A stretch of DNA of 64,000 nt from NCBI RefSeq assembly GCF_009914755.1, contig NC_060940.1; one strand, 5' to 3'. Under the pieces are notes generated by a model. It searched no databases, was not told where the DNA came from, and saw only the letters and a list, made by a program, of their open reading frames with translations. Source of the stretch: the human T2T-CHM13v2.0 reference genome, Homo sapiens. A program made the position numbers and the translations under genes. The stretch's first letter is position 1. Every line of letters begins with the position of its first letter. Positions 55,624 to 64,000 of this stretch are shown here, piece by piece.

Positions 55624-56814
55624 CTATTCCAGTCATGCTGAATCTCTGGTGAGTTCCAACACTAGCTGTGCTCACCCATGCAAACACCTCTGACATGGTA
55701 TCCTAGGCTCCTCAAATTCTGGGTAACTTCAATCGTCCACATTCAAAGGTCCCAGGATTGGGCTCCTTCCCATGCGAGCAGTCTAACTCCACCTGCCCAA
55801 GCAGAGTGGGCCATAACTGCAGCTGTGCCCCCATAGCATGCTGCCCTACTGTGATTGCTTCCTTTACATCTCCATATTTTATTAGTCTTGGAACCCTTCA
55901 AGTAATCATAGAGGTCTAGCTCAGCATTGTCAGCTTCTGTGCCAGTTGCCCAGCACAGTGTCAGGCTCAGCAGATAGGCAATGTTGAACAGAATTCAAGC
56001 ATCATGACACATGGAGAGTCACTCACTGGAATGTTTATACTGTGCATTAAAAATAAGTCAGCCTTTATCATACACTAGTCACTCTTTCCTCTTCCCCTCC
56101 CTAAAGACACACCTTTAATTTCACAGCAACTTTATCTAGTATTTGTACTTTTTTCCGGAAAACTCACCTTTAAAGTGGAAGGTCAAGTTGCTTTACTCTC
56201 ACTTTTTTCATTAAAGAGCCTGTTATGTTACATTCAGTTTGACTCCACACTCAGCAATTCCAGAAGAGAAGTCTCTCTTATTCGAATGGGGACTGGGAAG
56301 GCGGCAATAATTTGCAGAATCCAACAGAACCAGGCTAAAACATTTTTCTCCGTCAAGAGATGACACCATTTAACCCCAATTAACTCACATCTCAGGTTCA
56401 AGGCTTCGGGTTTACTAACCTGAATCAATACCCTACTCTATCAATTATGTAAATTCAAACCAATGACATTCCTTGACATTTTTGGAATTGGTGTTAAAAT
56501 CCTGCCAAGCGGGGGCATCATTGGGAGCTACATTATGATCCTGTAGGAAAGTATTGTAGATGGATCATATTTTAGTTTTTTGGGGTTTTTGTTTGTAAGA
56601 TTGAAAAAAAGAATCACTGGCTGGTTTCCTGAGACAGTGAAGAAGACAAAACACACATCGAGATTCTTCAGATTTCTTCTTAGTGCTGTCATTTATGAAA
56701 ATTAATGAAAACCATTTAAGAGGGTGTAAATGAGCAACTAATAGATTTAGAAATCGACTCTCACTCACTCTTCCTTTTCTCCGGAGAGAGGAGGCAACAG
56801 AGTCTAAAGAAAGA

Positions 56815-57070
56815 GGGAGGTGAGCAGCTACATTAGGGAGCACAAGCATTGAATTTGGACAGACCTGGGCTCAAATGCAGGTCTGTGCGTTTCTGTATGG
56901 CCAAAGGCAATTCATGATAGCTCTAAAAGCCTCATTCACTTCATGTATAAAATGAGGCTATGCCTCACTTCAGCAAAGAGCTTTGCAAATATTACGCAAA
57001 ACCTGTACCATCATCTCTGGAGTGCTTGGAGCCAGGAACATAGTCAGTGCTCAATAAATATTGGCTAACA
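56815..57070 (+). mobile_element. MIR
   Basis: gacagacctgggctcaaat...gcctcattcacttcatgtataaaatgagg...gtgctcaataaat. Confidence 0.7.
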
Positions 57071-57831
57071 TTAATGTTACATCCACAACTAGACATTTTA
57101 ATGCTTCGAGAATCCCAGACTGGTTTCAGTGCTGTCTTTGAATTTTCTTTTGTTCAACCATTCATTCATTTGTTCAGTAAATATCTGCTAGGCAGCTATA
57201 AGGTACATGGAACTGCATTACATCCCTGGGGAAGAAGAAATGAATGAGCAAGCCACAGCCCCCCTTTCTCGTGAAGCTCATGGTGCTCCCTAACCTGTCA
57301 CAAGTAAATATGCCACTTTTCAATCCAGATATTCAAACAATCTCAAGCTTTCTGATGTAGGCAGTTAATCTGCCACGAATTTTCCTTCTGTGCTTGGCAC
57401 ATTGTAGTTGCTCAGTAAATGCCAATTAAATGAATAAATGTCAGTTGAGTGAATAGAAGGGTGATGGTAATGAATGTCTCCTATTCCAGAACACTGATGT
57501 GTGAGTCAGAGGACATAGTCCCTTTTTAATGTTTTTAAGAGATTGTGTCTGTGTGTGCATGCACATGCTTTGCTTAATTCACTCTCAGTCAAAGAAAATG
57601 TCTTGTGGAGATTTTAACATATTTAGGTTTAAGTTCTGGAACTAAACTTTATATCCAGTTGTCATGACAACTGTTTCTAAGACAATTAAATCCCAATCTG
57701 AGTATTCTGAAGGGCCAGTCATTTCTGGAGAGGGCTTTGTTTGGTTGGAGAGGGAGAGTCCTATTCAACTCTGGGCCCTGCATTTTATAGTCAGTCCTCT
57801 CAGAAGGAGGTCCCAAATCCATCACCCCTTC

Positions 57832-58592
<761 letters not shown>

Positions 58593-58677
58593 CCTTCTCA
58601 CTGGCATGAGAAATTAGACCTTATCAGAATGCTATATATATCCTCCAAGGTATTATAAAGATGGCATCAACATTCCC

Positions 58678-59166
58678 TTTAAAAACAATTCCATAGGTTT
58701 TTTGGGAACAGGTGGTATTTCGTTACGTAAGTAAGTTCTTTAGTGGTGTTTTGTGAGATTTTGGTATACCCATCACCTGAGCAGTATACACTGAACCCAA
58801 TTTGTAGCCTTTTATCCCTCACTCCCTCCCCACCCTTTCTCCCCGAGTCCCCAAAGTCCATTGTGTTATTCTTATGCCTTTGCACCCTCATGGCTTAGCT
58901 CCCACTTATAAGTGAGAACATACGATGTTTAGTTTTCCATCCCTGCATTACTTCACTTAGAAAAATAGTGTCTAATCTCATCCAGGTTGCTGCGAATGCC
59001 ATTAATTCATTCCTTTTTATGGCTGAGTGGCATTCCATTGTACATATATAGTTTACATTCCCACCAGCAGTGTCAAAGTGTTCCCTTTTCACCATATCCA
59101 TGGCAATATCTATTTTTTTTTATTATTGGCATTCTTGTGGGAGTATGGTGGCATCACATTGTGCTT
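58678..59166 (-). mobile_element. 5'-truncated L1PB1-like element with an internal deletion, abutting a MIR
   Basis: Same 3' UTR as 4011-4385 in reverse; TSD acattccc at 58670-58677 and 59167-59174; MIR sequence follows (cccattttatagagagg). Confidence 0.9.
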
Positions 59167-60249
59167 ACATTCCCATTTTATAGAGAGGAAAAGTAAGACT
59201 CAACGGGGTGAAGCTACTTGCCTCAGGTCAAATAGCTAAGAGAACAGGACTATCCTGGTCGTAGCATGACGCTATGCTAATACCCATATTTTATCCCATC
59301 ATGTCTAGATGTTTCATGTTCTCTTTATGAGGCAGTCAGAATCTCAAGCAGAAGAACAGCTACTGTAACTTTAGTGCTCGACTCCCTTAGAAGAAGGGCA
59401 AAGTCTTCTAGATTCCTCCAATATCAACTTAAAATTAGTTTTGTGCAGCCCTGGCAGGCACAGCAATAAAAGAGATCCAAGGTGCATTTACCTTCCAGGC
59501 AGTAAACCTATATGACTGCCAAAGCTGTCATTTTTTTTTTTACCTTCTGAAAATGAAATGTTAATTCCCCCCTTAAGACCCTCCACAGATTTAGTTTGTA
59601 GGCTAATAACAGTTCACTTAAGAACAAGAGAAATGTCATCCCTACTTTGACGTGTGATCACAAAATAGAACGATCTTCAAATTCCCTTCAAAAGGGGAAA
59701 TGTTTATGAATTCACTTTCAGTGGGGGATATAAAGGGATTTGTCAAAACCTGCTGTGATTTCAGCGATGCAGAAAAACAGTGCTGCATTCATTGAGCCAG
59801 CCCAAATGTGAGCTCATGAGTGGTACTGTCCTTCTGTATCCCTGCCCTTAGGGCTTGGGGTATTCTCAACCTCGTGGGCTTCTTAGGGTGTCCAGGGCAT
59901 TCTTTTATTAATTTATGTGTTTGTCCCTTGTGACCTTGATTTGAAAAATAAAAAATACAATGGGAGACTTTTCACCCACATCATCCATAACAGCTCTGGC
60001 TAGGTCTTGACACCAGAAATGCCAAAGATATTGAGTTGCCCGGCTTTGTCATTGGGGCTTTACTTTCAACGTCTATGTAAAATCGGCAACTGGATTTGAT
60101 TTCCTAGTATAGGCTTAAGAAGACTTCACAGCCACTGAGTTTCTTTTGCAGAAAAGGTTGTCAGCAATAGAGGTTAAAGCAACATCTTTCAAAGGCAGAA
60201 GGATAATAAAATGTTTTTATTTTTATGTACTAGTTATTTGTTGTCTGAT

Positions 60250-60430
60250 ATATAATGCTCATTATTTCATATTGCATTAATTTTAAATTAGGGATAATAT
60301 ACCCATTTTGCTGACTAGGAAACTGAGACTCAGGTGAGTTAAGTAATTTTGGCAAATTCATACAATTCATTTAGGCTCCAAAGTATAGAATCAAACCCAC
60401 AATGATTTGACTCTTCATACTGTACTATGA
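60250..60430 (-). mobile_element. MIR
   Basis: cccattttgctgactaggaaactgagactcaggtgagttaagtaattt. Confidence 0.7.
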
Positions 60431-60901
60431 TTCCACCTGTTATAAAATATCCATATTCACCCAAACATCTGCTCTCTGGTGGTTTGTGCTACCTTTATGA
60501 CAATGAAGTCACTCACTTTACAAATGATGAAATATATCAGTTCTCTTAATAATGCTATAAGAGATACAGTTCCAGAAAGTTTGACAATTTGTTAGATGTC
60601 TCCTCATTTCGGATGAAGCTTACTTTTATCCACTTTAGACCCTTCAAGGACAATTTCTGTGAAGCTAATTCTTTCAGTGAAGAAAATATGAAGAGCCAGC
60701 ATCTAAATTCTTATGGGCCTGGCTGTCACTTAACATCTGCTGGAGAAGAGTAGTGGGGTAGAAATAGTACAAGCCTGCAAATCAAGAAACTTGAGGTATT
60801 TGTTTTCATTCTGCCTTTGACTGGTTGCATGACCTTTGACAATTCCCCCAAGTCGTACGATGTCATTTCTAAGATAAGTAAAGAATGGGTGCACTATTTA
60901 A

Positions 60902-60924
60902 ACACACACACACACACACACACA
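60902..60924 (+). repeat. (AC)11 microsatellite
   Basis: acacacacacacacacacacaca. Confidence 0.9.
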
Positions 60925-62189
60925 ATATAAATATGTTAAATTATAAATACTCAATAATTTGAAGAATTCTACTAAAATTGGCTTCTGTACTAGGGCTCTT
61001 ACATACTTTAAGTATTAAAATTATTCCTCTTAAACAGATGAGATGTTAAGGGTCCCAGACATGTAAAGAGCTTCCATACTCATACACTGATGAAGTTGCA
61101 AATCAAACTCAGTAGTGTCTGGTTCCTAATTCATGTTCCTTCTACAATATTCCTTTACCTACGGTCATCTGAAATATTTTACTATAAATCAAATATATTC
61201 AACTTTGAACATGAAGTTGAGTCCAAAGGAAGCTCAGTGTATGATCCAATCTGCTAACAGGTTCTCTGTCTAGGTCCAGAGGTGCTTTTCTGGACCACAG
61301 GAGAACCAAGCCCATGGGTGTACATGGTCAGTCAATTGGACAGAGGTCTCAGTTGACCAAAGATCCCCTGAACTTGAAGGTGATCAGGGAGAGGAGGACC
61401 GGCAATCATTAGACTCATGTACAGATCTATTTCCATTCTCAGGAGTAGAACAGAATATTTCATCACCAACCACTCCACCTGCCTTGAGAATTTGGCTTGT
61501 TAGCCATACACCTGCTATACAAATTTTCCATTTTCTATTTGACTACAGTTCCACTTTTCTGGCTATGATTTCCTGCGAGGGAAAATTTATGACTTCACCT
61601 AAACAAACAACTATGACCACAACCTACCTTTGCAACACAACTGGGGAGATTAATCTTTAAAATATGGGGTAGGGGGCATTTTGGCATCCTCATTAGTTGT
61701 TATATTCTATTTCTATTCCATTTTAGGAATATATATCTTTTTTATTGTAAAAACAAAACAAAACAAAAAATAAAACAACAACAAAAGGAGAAGGGCTCAA
61801 AAATAAATAAATATTGATCCAAGATTCAGGGTAGGTTCCACTTCCAGACCCAAACCACCCACCATCATAGACTCTTCAAATGATCTACTTCCATAATTCC
61901 AAAAATTATTTGATTTTGTTTGCTTTTGTCTTTGTCACATGCCCAAGCTCTCCTCATTTTTCACTGCAACTGAAATGCTTATTCAATAATTACAAATTAA
62001 GCACTTATTAAGTCACATAAAGTGGTCATTGGGACAGAGACTGTTAACTTCAAGCTCATGGTGTGAGAGACAGACATGAAAAATTGGTTAATACAATATA
62101 GTGCAAAGAATAGTGACCTTCTCTCCTCATGGGATGGAGATGTGAATTTAGAGATGGCTTATTTCACTTAATTTAATATTTTCTCTCCT

Positions 62190-62520
62190 TCTCTGCCACA
62201 CTTCACATTTCAGTTCATTCTGGAACTTGGGTCATCTCCCTTAAATACTGATCCAAATATGTTTTCTCCAACCTCTTTTAACCTACTAACTTGTCAAGTT
62301 ACCTATATAATTGAGACTAAATCCTTAGGGTATCCTCAATGTTCTAGGCTCATGTTCTGTACATCAAGACTTATCTTCCTCCCTCTCCATGAATCTTGCA
62401 CTCCACGTAAGCGCTTTTCATCATTCTCCTCATGTTCACAGGAAAACTCATACTTACTCATAACCTTTGCTTTTGCTGTTTCTCCCATCTCATGTGACCT
62501 CTGCCTATGAAATTTCTAAG
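62190..62520 (+). mobile_element. L2 fragment
   Basis: ttaaatactgat...ttctccaacctctt...cttatcttcctccc...caggaaaactc. Confidence 0.45.
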
Positions 62521-64000
62521 CTTCAGGTAAGCCCCAGCTCTGAACTCAACTCTCTCCTAATATTCCCCAACTAGGCCATGGAATCTTAAAGATAGCTAGA
62601 TCATCTATGGGCACACTTATCCCAGTTGAGTAATTTCGTTGCCCACCTCCAAGGTAATGAATAATACTATCCCCACTCTACGTTCAGTGACAAAATGATC
62701 TCTACATTTTTAGGTAGCTGTACTTCCTATTGAATTATCCTTACCTGTAGGATTTTTCATAGAGCCAAAATTAACTTCTCTGAAACAACACTTTCTTTGG
62801 CTTTGCTCTGCCTTTTGGAAAAGAAGAACAATTCTAACATCTTTCTTATGTATCTACCAATCACATGATTGAACCCAGTCATTTTTCTATTATCATCATT
62901 CTGCTTAGATCTCTTCTCCAGCCTAAATATCTTAACAGCCTCAACTCTCCTGCAGGTGGGGGAGATGTCACTCTTTCTCAACACCCTGTTCAAATGCAAT
63001 ACCCCAATGCAGCATGTGACCATAGCTGCAGTCTTTATAAAAGAAGATGGTTTACTTATCTCTTCTCTTTGTCATTGATTTTTATTAGAGTAAGTTCATG
63101 ATTGCTTTTTCCAGCAGCTATTTTATGCTGCTGGTCATGGTGAGCATGAGGTCAACCAATGCAGCCCATTTTTCTGCAGGGACTGCCATTTAGGTAGGGC
63201 TTCCCCATCCGGTGCTTAGAGAGTAGAATTTAAAACTTGATCTCCATAAGCCCATGCAGTTTCCATCCCTCTGTGCTCTGCCTCCGTAAAATAGTTTGCC
63301 TGCTTAGTGAACTATGGTTCTAAAGGATGAAAACATCAAATGCATCGGCAAAAATCACAGGTATTGATAACTGGCCTAAAATATTTAAGTGTCATATAAT
63401 TCCAGCAGACCAAACTGACAGTAATAATAGTGGTGTTTTATACATCAATGTAATAATACTTAATAATGATGCTTTGTATTTATCCACTGCCTTTCTTTTG
63501 GAAATGTTGGCAGAGTAAAGTAAATCTAACATTGATATTAAAAAATAAACCCCTAAATTAATACCAGTTTGACATACCCCTTCAAAAAAAAAAAACTCAG
63601 AAAGCACAATATAAGGCTCTCTGACAACCTGGAAATGAATGGTTTTGCAAAGCATAAAAAATTTGGCCTGTAGGATGACAAGAAAGTCATATGTCACCTG
63701 TGACTAGTTGTAACTCCTACCCTCAGGGTGGGTGTTGGTTTAATTTTGACTCTGGAGAAACGTAGAGCAGTAAAATGTATAAAAAACATGGGCAAGTTCA
63801 CATCCCTCACTTGTCAGGGATATAAAGCAAAATCAAAATTATTTTCTAAGTCTTTGGACACAAAGTGATTATTTCTGGGGAATGTAAACAGTTGCCAATT
63901 CGAATACATATCAGTGGACTCCAGGTCAAGACTAAGGGACCAACAGGGTCAAGAGAACAGGCTGGCATCTGGATAAGCGAGTTATTAGGTATAAATTAAT

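Noticed and set aside
61273-61296. 8-bp inverted repeat ggtccaga / tctggacc
   Set aside because: Short enough to occur by chance in 64 kb, with no supporting context

Overview
Human or great-ape non-coding DNA (intergenic or deep intronic). It is AT-rich and CpG-poor, with no CpG island and no recognisable host protein-coding exon or structural RNA gene. A large fraction is interspersed repeat: (1) a near full-length L1PA2/late-L1PA3-type LINE-1 (36931-42955, +) with an open ORF1, a disabled ORF2 and a 14-bp TSD; (2) a full-length HSMAR2 mariner carrying a nested AluY and a THE1D-like solo LTR; (3) eleven Alus plus a FAM monomer; (4) older L1PA13-like, L1PB1, L1MB and L1MC pieces; (5) an ERVL dUTPase fragment next to an oppositely oriented MLT2 LTR; (6) MaLR and LTR16 LTRs, two MER58B, and many MIR, L2 and L3 relics. 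The most unusual structure is a ~3.85 kb AT-rich compound minisatellite (162-4010). It is built from palindromic, orientation-flipping units and replaces ~340 bp of an L1PB1. Three separate L1 copies in this window are rearranged at the same short TA-rich point near the end of ORF2. I see no convincing novel multi-gene system; the findings concern repeat mechanics and candidate regulatory or splice elements. Subfamily names come from my recall of consensus sequences, not from a search, and boundaries of old elements are approximate.
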